A stretch of 64,000 nt of DNA. Origin: Candidatus Poribacteria bacterium (GTDB lineage: Bacteria > Poribacteria > WGA-4E > WGA-3G). Numbering within the stretch: the first letter of the stretch is position 1; each line of letters starts with the position of its first letter. The DNA lies in assembly GCA_965242965.1 (NCBI GenBank), contig OZ251518.1, positions 1,568,001-1,632,000 on the forward strand. The letters run 5' to 3'. Of this stretch, positions 18,556 through 28,177 are shown one piece after another. The notes below the pieces were generated by a model. It saw nothing but the letters and a program-made list of their open reading frames with translations. It had not been told where the DNA came from and made no database searches. The position numbers and the translations under genes were made by a program.

Positions 18556-18779
18556 GAGCAGGATTTACACGATTAGGAGCAGGATTTACACGATTAGGAG
18601 CAGGATTTACAGGATTTCACAGGATTTGCAAGATTAGATCTCTGGTGCGTCGGCGCGGTTGTGGCCTGCCACGGGGGATTCGATGCATCAGACTCTATAA
18701 TCTTGCTAATCTTGATAAATCTTGAAAATCCTGCTCATATCCTGTGAAATCTTGAAAATCTTGAAAATCCTGCTTCAGA
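18556..18779. repeat. Short CAGGATT / AATC(C/T)TG tandem repeats in two opposed tracts
   Basis: 21-bp GAGCAGGATTTACACGATTAG x2.5 plus 9-10-mers at 18556-18627; inverse AATCTTG/AATCCTG run at ~18697-18779. Confidence 0.8.
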
Positions 18780-18788
18780 CGATTGGCA

Positions 18789-19473
18789 TGGCGAGGGACA
18801 GGCCCTCGCCCTACGTGTAAGGGACGGCGTTTTTTTCACCGTAGCGCGGGGGCCTGTCCCCCGCGAACGTTCGATCCGCGAAAAAATCTCTTCAGGTCCT
18901 TTAGGTCCTGCATGTCTATAGCACCTCGCCGACGAAAAAAACGCTAAGGTCCTTTAGGTCCTTAATAAGCAGCAGAAAACATTAAGGTCCTAAAGGACCT
19001 TGAGGACTTGGCGAGCCACGTATGCTATAGACATTAAGGTCCTACGGACCTTGAGGAGAACCCATCCCTGGCCCGTAGCGCGGGGGCCTGTCCCCCGCGA
19101 TTGTTCGATCCGCGCGAAAACCACACGCAGACCCAGGCCGTTTCCCTCTCGATCGAGGCATGGCGAGGGACAGGCCCTCGCCCTACGTGAAGGGGCGGCG
19201 TTTTTTCATCGTAGCGCGGGGGCCTGTCCCCCGCGTTGGCCAGCGTCAAGCGGTGGCGTTTTAGGTCCTTTAGGTCCTTAATGTCTATAGAAAAACGTGT
19301 CGGCCCATGTCAAGGTCCTTTAGGTCCTTAATAGGAAAACATGCGGCACGTCAAAGCATATTAAGGACCTAAAGGACCTTAGGGTTCTTCGCAGGCGCGC
19401 GTGCTATAGACATTAAGGTCCTACGGACCTAAGAGACGTTTTTTCATCGTAGGGCGGGGGACAGGCCCCCGCG
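18789..19473. repeat. REP-mosaic cluster without TIRs
   Basis: Modules B, A, E block, A, B, A, E block, A. Confidence 0.85.
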
Positions 19474-19563
19474 AACATTCCCCAACAAGGAGCATTTACA
19501 AAAAAAACTTGCAAATTTTGCGAAAAAGTGTTACAATAAATTTAAGTTTTTAAACGGACAGAC

Positions 19564-20370
19564 ATGGAGAACATCATGGCACAAAACAGCGGCGACTATT
19601 ACATCAAGCAGGGGCTCACTAAGAACGTCATGGGCCACTTCGAGCACGCCATTTACGATTTTGACCTGGCCATTGAACTCGGTGCAGAAAACATCAATCA
19701 GGCTTACAACCTCCGAGGCATGGCGAAATACTCCCTGGGGAAGTACGAGGAAGCCATCAAGGATTATGATAAGGCTATTGAACTCGACCCGGGGGAACGG
19801 GATGCCTACCATTTTCGCGCGCTCGCGAACTATGAAATGGGCAACTACGAGGAGGCCATCAAAGATTATGACATTGATGTCCAACACAACCCCGAGAACA
19901 TGGAGGCGTATTACTCCCGCGGCATGGCGAAAAGGAAATTGAATCGGCATGCGGAGGCGATTAAGGACTTTGACAAGTCACTCAAGATTAACCCGCGCTT
20001 CGCCGAGGCTTATCTTGAACGTGCTAATTCAAAGTTTGACATGCAGCTCTATCGGGAGTCGATTCGGGATTTCGATAAGGCACTCCGGTATAACAGCGGG
20101 CTCGTTGACGCGCTCGCGGCGCGTGCCGCGGCGAAATCCAAACTCGGCATGCCGGTTGCGACACTCAAGGATGCCGAAGAGCTTATCAAACTCAAACCCG
20201 AGGATGCAAGAGGCTACGTCCTCCGCGCGCAAGCGAACCGAGCCCTCGGACACGAAGACCTGGCACAGCAGGATGCCCAAAAAGGCATGGACATCGTGCA
20301 AGAAGCAGGCGGCTCCGTGCCCGGCCTGAAAGTTACTATCATCCCTCTCCCGAAGGAAGACGAAAAATGA
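19564..20370 (+). CDS. Tetratricopeptide repeat protein
   Basis: Repeated AY..RG.AK..LG.YEEAIKDYDKAIEL.P units. Confidence 0.92.
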   Translation: MENIMAQNSGDYYIKQGLTKNVMGHFEHAIYDFDLAIELGAENINQAYNLRGMAKYSLGKYEEAIKDYDKAIELDPGERDAYHFRALANYEMGNYEEAIKDYDIDVQHNPENMEAYYSRGMAKRKLNRHAEAIKDFDKSLKINPRFAEAYLERANSKFDMQLYRESIRDFDKALRYNSGLVDALAARAAAKSKLGMPVATLKDAEELIKLKPEDARGYVLRAQANRALGHEDLAQQDAQKGMDIVQEAGGSVPGLKVTIIPLPKEDEK

Positions 20371-21200
20371 GACTGAGCTGCCTCCCTGTCTCACTTTACG
20401 ATGACATCTTCACCGGGAAACGCACCGTTGCCGACTGGGTCGGTTTGGGCGCGAAACTGGGGCTTGATGCAGTGGATTTCAGCATCAAATTTTTTCCACG
20501 GCGCATCGCGGACACTTACCACCGAATGCTTGCCGTCCTCGCGTGTGAAAAATTCCGCATCACTCCCTGCATGCTCGCGTGCTATTCCGATTTCACGCAC
20601 CCGGATGCAGCGCAACGCGAGGCAGAACTGACGCAACTCAAGGCGGACATTGAATTGGCAGACCTGCTGGGCGCGCGATTCGTCCGCATCACGGCAGGAC
20701 AAAACCATCCCGGCATCCCGCGCGACGAAGGCGTGCAATGGGTAACCGAAGGATTCCGCCGCGCCCTTGACGAGGCAGACACGCGCGGCATCACCCTTGC
20801 TTATGAGAACCACACCAAGGGCGCGCCGTGGGACTATTGGGACTTCTCGCAACCGACAGAGATTTTCCTCCAAATCCTAGACAGCCTCGCTGATACACCG
20901 CTCGGGGTATGCTTTGATACCGCTAATCCGCTCGTCCTCGGCGAAGATGTCCTCGCGCTGCTTGATGCGGTGCTTGAACGGGTAGTCGTTATTCACGTCT
21001 TCGATCTTCGTGAAGTCGGCGCGTTTGAGCCGGTGCGCGTCGGCACTGGTGCAGCTCCTATTCCGCAAGTCTTCTCCCGCATGCGAGCGGCAGGGTATGA
21101 TGGCTGGCTCAGCATTGAAGAAGCCAGCCGTTCCGGCGAAGAGGGATTTGTGGAATCGATTGCGTTCGTTCGAGAGGCGTGGCTGCACGCCGTTTTATGA
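20367..21200 (+). CDS. Sugar phosphate isomerase/epimerase (xylose-isomerase-like TIM barrel)
   Basis: LAYENH, CFDTAN, IHVFD, GYDGWLSIE motifs; ATGA overlap with the TPR gene. Confidence 0.88.
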   Translation: MRLSCLPVSLYDDIFTGKRTVADWVGLGAKLGLDAVDFSIKFFPRRIADTYHRMLAVLACEKFRITPCMLACYSDFTHPDAAQREAELTQLKADIELADLLGARFVRITAGQNHPGIPRDEGVQWVTEGFRRALDEADTRGITLAYENHTKGAPWDYWDFSQPTEIFLQILDSLADTPLGVCFDTANPLVLGEDVLALLDAVLERVVVIHVFDLREVGAFEPVRVGTGAAPIPQVFSRMRAAGYDGWLSIEEASRSGEEGFVESIAFVREAWLHAVL

Positions 21201-21219
21201 GCAACGCGCAAATCGGGAT

Positions 21220-21817
21220 CGCGGGGGACAGGCCCCCGCGCTACGGTAACTGCGAAAGGTAGGAGAGACCTCCCGGTCTCGATGCGCCGGTAGGCATCGG
21301 GCCCACCTCTGTAGTTTGTGATCGCCTGATCACAAACGGGTCAGGATCTGGCGATCCTGACCTACAGAGTCGGGCGCGCGGACCCTCGCCCTACGGTGGC
21401 GTGCCGTTTTTTTTTCGTAGCGCGGGGGCCTGTCCCCCGCGATCTCCATTGTCAAGAGGGTGTTTTAGGTCCTTTAGGACCTTAATGTCTATAGCAGCAT
21501 GTGTCGTTCTGTTTTCAAGGTCCTTTAGGTCCTTAATAGATTTTGCCATGCCGCGCGTGTTTTTATTAAGGACCTAAAGGACCTTAGGGCTCTTCGCGTC
21601 TGCGCGTGCTATAGACATGCAGGACCTAAAGGACCTGAAGAGAAAGGAGAGACGTTTTTTTTCGTAGCGCGGGGGCCCTCGGATGCCATCCGCGCATCCG
21701 AGCGGGTTTCCCCCGCGAGCGTTGGAGTGCACGGACGATGGCGAGGGACAGGCCCTCGCCCTACGGTGAGGGGTGGCGTTTTTTCATCGTAGCGCGGGGG
21801 CCTGTCCCCCGCACTAC
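21220..21817. repeat. REP-mosaic cluster between convergent genes
   Basis: Modules A, C, D-pair, partial B, A, E block, loop-expanded A, B, A. Confidence 0.85.
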
Positions 21818-21859
21818 GATATACGGTAACTGCGAAAGCACGCCTACCTTACCTGCTTC

Positions 21860-22717
21860 TTAACCCCGCGACGGTTCACTCATCCGTTCCCGTGCCTGAC
21901 GCGACAATTCCGCCAGATGCCCATCGTTCGCCATCACCTGTTCAAGGTGAATCTTCCGTTCGGATGTAGCTGTCCTTACCATCTTTTCGCCATATTTCCG
22001 ATCGATCCAGAATCGCGCTGCCCCACTGATGTATGCCTGCAGCGCGTCCAACTTCTCCGCCGGATACCGTTGGCAGAGATTGATGGTAAACATGCGCCGT
22101 CGCTCGCCACCGCCGAATGCGGCGTGCTTCGTGTTGTGGTTGAACAGCACCAGATCGCCGGGGGTTGTCTCCAATGCGACGGCCGGCACATCCTTCCCGT
22201 GCAATTCCCACAACTCTTGGCTCTTCCCGATCTGCTTGGAGAGCCCATCGGCGTAATTATCGCCGAAGAGATGACTACCGGGAATGACGCGCAGCGCACC
22301 GGTATCCCGTGTCAGCGGATCGAGATAAAACGCAATCTTGATATGCGCCGGGTCTTCCAGTTTATGCCCGCCATCTGAGTGCCAGCCGGTATCGCCGACG
22401 TAGAAGTTTCCATCGCTGCCCATGTAGTTGAAATCGTCACCGAGCAGTGTCTTGGCGATTGCGAGAATCCTCGGGTCATCGAGTAGCGAGCAGAGTTCTT
22501 CGTGCTGATCGATGAATGGCACGATGCATGAGCGCGCCATGCCTTCGTGCGGTTGCCCGTTATGTCCGCCGCCGCGTTCTTCCCAGACCTCTTCAAACGC
22601 GTTCTGAATCGCGGAAATCCGGTCTGCCATCAGTTGCGGAAATCCGAGATACCCGAATGTCTTGAAAAAGTTAATCTCCGAGTCGGTGAGGTTGAAGTTG
22701 CGTTGATTCATCTCCAT
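21860..22717 (-). CDS. Phytanoyl-CoA dioxygenase (PhyH) family Fe(II)/2OG enzyme
   Basis: FF.TFGYL, WHSD (HxD), GALRVIPGSH, PGDLVLF....KH motifs. Confidence 0.88.
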   Translation of the reverse strand: MEMNQRNFNLTDSEINFFKTFGYLGFPQLMADRISAIQNAFEEVWEERGGGHNGQPHEGMARSCIVPFIDQHEELCSLLDDPRILAIAKTLLGDDFNYMGSDGNFYVGDTGWHSDGGHKLEDPAHIKIAFYLDPLTRDTGALRVIPGSHLFGDNYADGLSKQIGKSQELWELHGKDVPAVALETTPGDLVLFNHNTKHAAFGGGERRRMFTINLCQRYPAEKLDALQAYISGAARFWIDRKYGEKMVRTATSERKIHLEQVMANDGHLAELSRQARERMSEPSRG

Positions 22718-22799
22718 GTTCCTCCTATAGACTTGATGCGTTTTATTATATCAGATTTGCGATTAATTTTCCAAAGAAAAAATGCCGGTCGTGTGTAAC

Positions 22800-23330
22800 G
22801 TAGTGCGGGGGCCTGTCCCCCGCGATGCGTGCTTGAGCCGCAAACCGGCCCGATACCGTAGCGCGGGGGCCTGTCCCCCGCGATCGTTGGGGTGTGCGCA
22901 CGATGACGAGGGACAGGCCCTCGCCCTACGGTGACCGAGCCGCCCTCCTCTGTAGGTCAAGATCGCCTGATCTTGACCCGTTCGGGAGCAGGCGCTCCCG
23001 AACTACGGTTTCTCGCATGCGCGATGCATCGAGACCAGGAGGTCTCTCCTACCGGGTAAAACGATTTATGAAACACCCTCAATAGGGATAACTACCGAAA
23101 CGGAGTTATGAAACACCCTCATGTAACGTAGCGCGGGGGCCTGTCCCCCGCGATGTTCGACCGTAACAAAAAACGTCCGAGTCTCCAGGGATTCAGACGT
23201 TTTCTCTCATCCGATGCATGGCGAGGGACAGGCACTCGCCCTACGTAGGAAGGACAGCGGAAAGACGCGGCCTAACGGGAACCGCTAGCGAGGGACAGGC
23301 CCTCGCCCTACGATAGGAAGGGCGGCGGAA
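22800..23330. repeat. REP-mosaic cluster with two tandem right terminal repeats
   Basis: TATGAAACACCCTC ending at 23080 and 23120; modules A, A, B, D, C, then A, B, B. Confidence 0.85.
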
Positions 23331-23386
23331 AGGCTCAGACTACGGGAACCGCCCAGTAGGCGCGCTTCCTATTGTCCTTGAGTTCT

Positions 23387-25357
23387 TCAGCGATTCTTTT
23401 TCGTTGCTGGAGACGCGAGGTCCCACAAAAGCACCGTGCCATCGTGACTACCACTTACGAGTGTCTGTCCATCGGGACTGAAACACACGCTGTTGACAGG
23501 TGCCGTGTGTCCGGTAAGGGTTTGGCGGAGTTGTCCAGTTTTGACATCCCAGAGCCGAATCGCGCTGTCCCAAGCCTCCGCTGCCTCCGAACTTCCACTG
23601 GCGAGTGTCTGCCCATCCGGACTGAAACATAAGCTCAAGGCACTGGAGTCAATGTCACTGGTAAGCGTCTTTTTGAGTTTTCCGGTGTTGACATCCCAGA
23701 GGTAGATGGTGTCCACATCACCCTCCACCTGGACTGTACGGCTACTTGCGAGTGTTTGTCCATCCGGACTGAAACGCACGCTCAGAACATCAAAGGAGCT
23801 GGTGAGTGTCTTTCGGAGTTTTCCGGTGTTGACATCCCAGAGGAGAATCGTGTTGCTCCCACCACTTGCAAGTATATACCCATCGGGACTGAAACCCACG
23901 CTAGAAACTGCGTTGGTGTGTTCTTTGAGCATTTGTTGAAGTTCACCGGTAGCGACATCCCAGAGGCGAACCGTTTGGTCTTCACTGCCACTAGCGAGTG
24001 TTTGTCCATCTGGACTGAAACACACGCTCTTGACTGCGTCGGTATGTCCGATGAAAGGCTTCCTGAGTGTGCCGGTAAGCACGTCCCACAGCCAAATCAT
24101 TCCATCTCCACCACCACTTGCAAGTATCTGTCCGTTGGGACTGAAACATACGCTATTGATGCCGCGGGTGTGGCCAATGGGAGTCTGGCGGCGTTCGCCA
24201 GTGGTGACATCCCAGAGCCCAATTGTGCTACCCGAGCTTGTTTGAGTCTTCTCCCCCCAAACATTCCAGAGATCCATTGTGCTGTCCGCACCTCCACTGA
24301 CGAGCATCTGTCCATCAGGGGCGAATCCCACGCTATTGATGCCGCGGGTGTGGCTGATGAGAGTTTGACGGCGTTCGCTGGTTTTGACATCCCAGAAGTG
24401 AATCGTGCTGTCCGAACAACTACTTGCGAGAGTGTTCCCATCGGGAGAAAAACACATGCTGATGACATTACCGGTGTGTCCAGTGAGGGTTTGGCGCAGT
24501 TCACTAGTTTTGACATCCCAGAGCCGAATCTTGCCGTCACGACTGGTACTTGCGAGTGTATTCCCGTCGGGACTGAAGCGCGCACTACGTCCGGTAAAGG
24601 TGTTTCGGAGTGTGCCAGTAGCGACATCCCAGAGGCGAATCTTTTCATTATTCCACCCTTCACTAACAAGCGTCTGGCCGTTGGGGCTGATACTCAGGTG
24701 ATAGTCTTCATCGATGTGTCCGGTGAGTGTCTTTTTGAGTGCCCCGGTGTTAACATCCCATAGGCGAACCGTTTTGTCATAACTGGCACTTGCGAGAGTG
24801 TTCCCGTCGGGGCTGAAACGCACGCTGCCAATCGAGCCTGTGTGTCCTTTAAACGTCTTTTGGATTACGCCAGTGTTGACATCCTGAAGGTAAATCGTGT
24901 AGTCCCCATTCTTATCACTGGCCAGCGTCTGTCCATCCGGGAAGAAACGCACGTCATCAACTAGGGCACCGTCGAGTGTCTTTTTGAGTTTTTCGGTGGT
25001 GATATCCCAAAGGTAAATCGTGCTAAACCTGTCTCCAGCGTACCCTACCCTGCTGACAATGGCAAGTGTTTCCACGTCCGGACTAAAATGGATACTATTG
25101 ACAGTACCGGTGTGCCCGGGGAACAAAGCGACTTCTTTGAAAGTATTGGCATCATACAGCCACACCCCGATCTTACTCGCAACTGCCAGCAATCTCCCAT
25201 CCGGCGAATACGCAATTTCCCCAGTGAGCGCGCCTTTGCCGAGACGCATTTTGGCCCCCTCAGGTAATCCCCATCGGGTGTAATCCTGTGCGGGGGCAGT
25301 TGTGCTGATTAGCAGTGCGATGAGTAGTAGTGTCACTGTCAAAATGGTGTTTTTCAT
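23387..25357 (-). CDS. Secreted WD40-repeat protein
   Basis: Signal peptide, WGLPEGAKMRLGKG, many GH...V.SV.FSPDG..LASGS.D.T..LWD repeats; start ATG 25357 with RBS AAGGAG. Confidence 0.93.
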   Translation of the reverse strand: MKNTILTVTLLLIALLISTTAPAQDYTRWGLPEGAKMRLGKGALTGEIAYSPDGRLLAVASKIGVWLYDANTFKEVALFPGHTGTVNSIHFSPDVETLAIVSRVGYAGDRFSTIYLWDITTEKLKKTLDGALVDDVRFFPDGQTLASDKNGDYTIYLQDVNTGVIQKTFKGHTGSIGSVRFSPDGNTLASASYDKTVRLWDVNTGALKKTLTGHIDEDYHLSISPNGQTLVSEGWNNEKIRLWDVATGTLRNTFTGRSARFSPDGNTLASTSRDGKIRLWDVKTSELRQTLTGHTGNVISMCFSPDGNTLASSCSDSTIHFWDVKTSERRQTLISHTRGINSVGFAPDGQMLVSGGADSTMDLWNVWGEKTQTSSGSTIGLWDVTTGERRQTPIGHTRGINSVCFSPNGQILASGGGDGMIWLWDVLTGTLRKPFIGHTDAVKSVCFSPDGQTLASGSEDQTVRLWDVATGELQQMLKEHTNAVSSVGFSPDGYILASGGSNTILLWDVNTGKLRKTLTSSFDVLSVRFSPDGQTLASSRTVQVEGDVDTIYLWDVNTGKLKKTLTSDIDSSALSLCFSPDGQTLASGSSEAAEAWDSAIRLWDVKTGQLRQTLTGHTAPVNSVCFSPDGQTLVSGSHDGTVLLWDLASPATKKNR

Positions 25358-25449
25358 GAGAAATCTCTCCTTCAAAATTGTGCCGATTATCGCAGATTTT
25401 GCTTTGCTTGTCAACGTATTTTTTTCAGATAATGGGCAGACCTAGGCAT

Positions 25450-25627
25450 GGCGAGGGACAGGCCCTCGCACTACGAGAAAGGAAAAGCGAGTGCCACCAA
25501 ACCACCGTAGCGCGGGGGCCTGTCCCCCGCGATCTCTCAACCGTAACAAAAAACGTCCGAGTCTCTAGGGATTCAGATGTTTTCTCTCACATCCGATGCA
25601 TGGCGAGGGACAGGCCCTCGCCCTACG
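25450..25627. repeat. REP cluster (B, A, B) between the WD40 paralogues
   Basis: The A-spacer-B segment 25507-25627 is nearly identical to 23128-23246. Confidence 0.8.
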
Positions 25628-25694
25628 GTGAAGGAACAGCGAGTGCCGCCAAACCACCGTATCCGCTCGTCGTTGACATCTTCGGAAACTATTT

Positions 25695-27767
25695 CTATTC
25701 CGGACGATGCAAGTCCCACAAGAGCACCGTGCCATCGTAACTCCCACTAGCGAGCGTGCGCCCATCGGGACTGAAACACACGCTAGAGACACCACGGGTG
25801 TGCCCAGCGAAGGTTCTTTGGAGTTCCCCGGTGGTGACATCCCACAGAGGAATTGTGTCATTCCAACTCCCACTAGCGAGTGTTTGTCCATCAGGGCTAA
25901 AACACAGGCTCCAGACAGAATTACTTTCAGTCTGTCCGATAGGGGTATTTCGGGGTGTGTCGGTGGTGACATCCCACAAAAGAATCGTGCCGAAACCTTC
26001 GCTTGAGCTTAGACTAGCGAGCGTCTGTCCATCGGGACTGAAACACATGCTATCAACACCCTCATTCTGGACGGTAAGCATATTTCGGAGTGTTCCGGTA
26101 GTCACATCCCATAGAAGAATCGCGCTACCGCCGCCCTCTCTAAGTGCAGTTCTGCCACTAGCGAGCGTCTGCCCATCCGGGCTGAAACACACGCTAGAGA
26201 CAGCGGTATGTCCGATAAGGGTAAGGGTATTTCGGAGTTTTCCAGTATCAACATCCCAGAGGCGAATTGTGTTTGTGTCGTCCCAGCTGCCACTAGCGAG
26301 CATCTGTCCATCTGGGCTGAAACACACGCTCTCAACACCCTCGGTGTGCCCAGTGAGGATATTCTGGTTTGTGCCGGTAGCGACATCCCAGAGGCGTATC
26401 GTTTGGTCTCCACTGCCACTTGCGAGTGTCTGTCCATCGGGACTGAAACATACACTCGTAACATGGGCAGTGTGGCCAATGAGAATTCGTTGAAGTTCGC
26501 CGCTGTTGGCATGCCAGAGGCGAATTGTGTTATCTCTATTACCACTAGCGAGTGTCTGTCCATCAGGACTGAAACACACGCTCTCAGCAGAACTTGTGTG
26601 TTCCGCGACGGTTTTTTCAAGTGTTGCGGTTTTGACATTCCAAAATCGAATCGTGTTGTCGTCACTCCGACTCGTTTTGTCTGCACTTCGACTGACGAGC
26701 GTTTGCCCATCAGACCCGAAACACACAATCTGGACAGAATCTGTGTGTCCGGTGAGCGTCTTTTTGAGTTTTCCGGTGTTGACATCCCAGAGCCGAATCG
26801 TTTTGTCTCGACTACTACTGGCGAGCGTGTTGCCATCCGGACTGAAACGCACGCTATAGATATTGTGGGTGTGTCCGGTGAGCGTTTTTTTGAGTTTTCC
26901 GGTGTTGACATCCCATAGTTGAATCGTTTTGTCCCGACTACCACTGGCGAGTGTGTTGCCATCCGGACTGAAACGCGCGTTCCAGAGCCCGAGGAGTGTT
27001 TGGCGGAGTTCGCCGGTATCAACATCCCAGAGCTGAATCGTTCTGTCTTCACTTCCACTAGCGAGTGTGCGCCCATCCAGACTAAAACTCACCCGCCAGA
27101 CAGAATCGGTGTGGCCGGTGAGGGTATTCCGGTGTTTTCCGGTATCAACATCCCATAGTTGAATCGTTCTGTCTTCACTCCCACTAGCGAGTGTGCGCCC
27201 ATCCGGACTGAAACACACGCTATTTATCTGTTCGGTGTGTTCGTTGAGGATTTTTTGGCGTTTTCCAGTGTCAACATTCCAGAGGTGAATTGAGTTTCCC
27301 CAAGCCCCAATTGAGTTGTCCCAAACCCCACTAGCGAGCATCTGTCCATCCGGACTGAAACACATGCTTATTGAGTTGGCGTATCCGTTGCGGATTTTTG
27401 GGTTCAGGATTTTTTGGAGTTTTCCAGTGTCAACGTTCCAGAGGTGAATTGAGCCGTTCATCCCTCCGGCGAGCGTCTGTCCATCCGGGCTGAAACACAG
27501 GACACGGACAGAATCGGGATAGCCGATAGGGAGTAGGGCAAGTTCCTTGGAGGTATTGGCATCATACAGCCACACCCCAATCTCACTCGCAACTGCCACT
27601 AAGCTGCCATCCGGCGAATACGCAATTTCCCCCGTGAGCGTGCCTTTGCCCAGGCGTAGTTTGGCCCCATCGGGTAATCCCCATCGGGTGTAATCCTGTG
27701 CGGGGGCGGTTGTGCTGATTAGCAGTGCGATGAGTAGTAGCGTCACTGTCAAAATGGTGTTTTTCAT
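25695..27767 (-). CDS. Secreted WD40-repeat protein (paralogue)
   Basis: First ~60 aa almost identical to the neighbouring gene; many WD40 repeats. Confidence 0.93.
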   Translation of the reverse strand: MKNTILTVTLLLIALLISTTAPAQDYTRWGLPDGAKLRLGKGTLTGEIAYSPDGSLVAVASEIGVWLYDANTSKELALLPIGYPDSVRVLCFSPDGQTLAGGMNGSIHLWNVDTGKLQKILNPKIRNGYANSISMCFSPDGQMLASGVWDNSIGAWGNSIHLWNVDTGKRQKILNEHTEQINSVCFSPDGRTLASGSEDRTIQLWDVDTGKHRNTLTGHTDSVWRVSFSLDGRTLASGSEDRTIQLWDVDTGELRQTLLGLWNARFSPDGNTLASGSRDKTIQLWDVNTGKLKKTLTGHTHNIYSVRFSPDGNTLASSSRDKTIRLWDVNTGKLKKTLTGHTDSVQIVCFGSDGQTLVSRSADKTSRSDDNTIRFWNVKTATLEKTVAEHTSSAESVCFSPDGQTLASGNRDNTIRLWHANSGELQRILIGHTAHVTSVCFSPDGQTLASGSGDQTIRLWDVATGTNQNILTGHTEGVESVCFSPDGQMLASGSWDDTNTIRLWDVDTGKLRNTLTLIGHTAVSSVCFSPDGQTLASGRTALREGGGSAILLWDVTTGTLRNMLTVQNEGVDSMCFSPDGQTLASLSSSEGFGTILLWDVTTDTPRNTPIGQTESNSVWSLCFSPDGQTLASGSWNDTIPLWDVTTGELQRTFAGHTRGVSSVCFSPDGRTLASGSYDGTVLLWDLHRPE

Positions 27768-27859
27768 GAGAAACCTCTCCTTTCAGACTTGATTTATTTT
27801 CGCAAACTTGGCATTTCTTGTCAACGTTTTTGTTGTCTGAATTTGGAACTAAGCAGCGA

Positions 27860-28101
27860 TCGCGGGGGACAGGCCCCCGCGCTACGGGCGGAGAACCCTC
27901 CTTTTCACCGTAGGGCGAGGGCCTGTCCCTCGCCGTGCGTTTGGCTGTCAGACTGCAGCACTCCTGTAGGTCAAGATCGCCTGATCTTGACCTGTTCGGG
28001 ATCAGGCGATCCCGAACTACAGAGGTGGGCCCGATGCCTGCCGGTATTCGGCCTCCCTCCAAGGCGAGATAAATACCGAAACGGAGTTATGAAACACCCT
28101 C
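27860..28101. repeat. REP-mosaic cluster with an orphan right TIR
   Basis: A, B, D-pair, then CCGAAACGGAGTTATGAAACACCCTC. Confidence 0.8.
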
Positions 28102-28116
28102 AATTTAATTTTTTTC

Positions 28117-28145
28117 TTGACAAAAAACCGAAAATAGATTACACT
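28117..28145 (+). promoter_or_regulatory. sigma70-type promoter of the helicase gene
   Basis: TTGACA-17-TACACT, followed by RBS AAGGAGG. Confidence 0.7.
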
Positions 28146-28177
28146 ATTTTAAAACATATCACGCAAAGGAGGTTTTG

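Noticed and set aside
23756-27076. Long alternative-frame ORFs over the WD40 genes
   Set aside because: By-products of repetitive WD40 coding sequence.
15083-28101. Integron with attC cassettes
   Set aside because: No integrase, genes lie in both orientations with their own promoters, and the hairpins lack consistent RYYYAAC/GTTRRRY ends.
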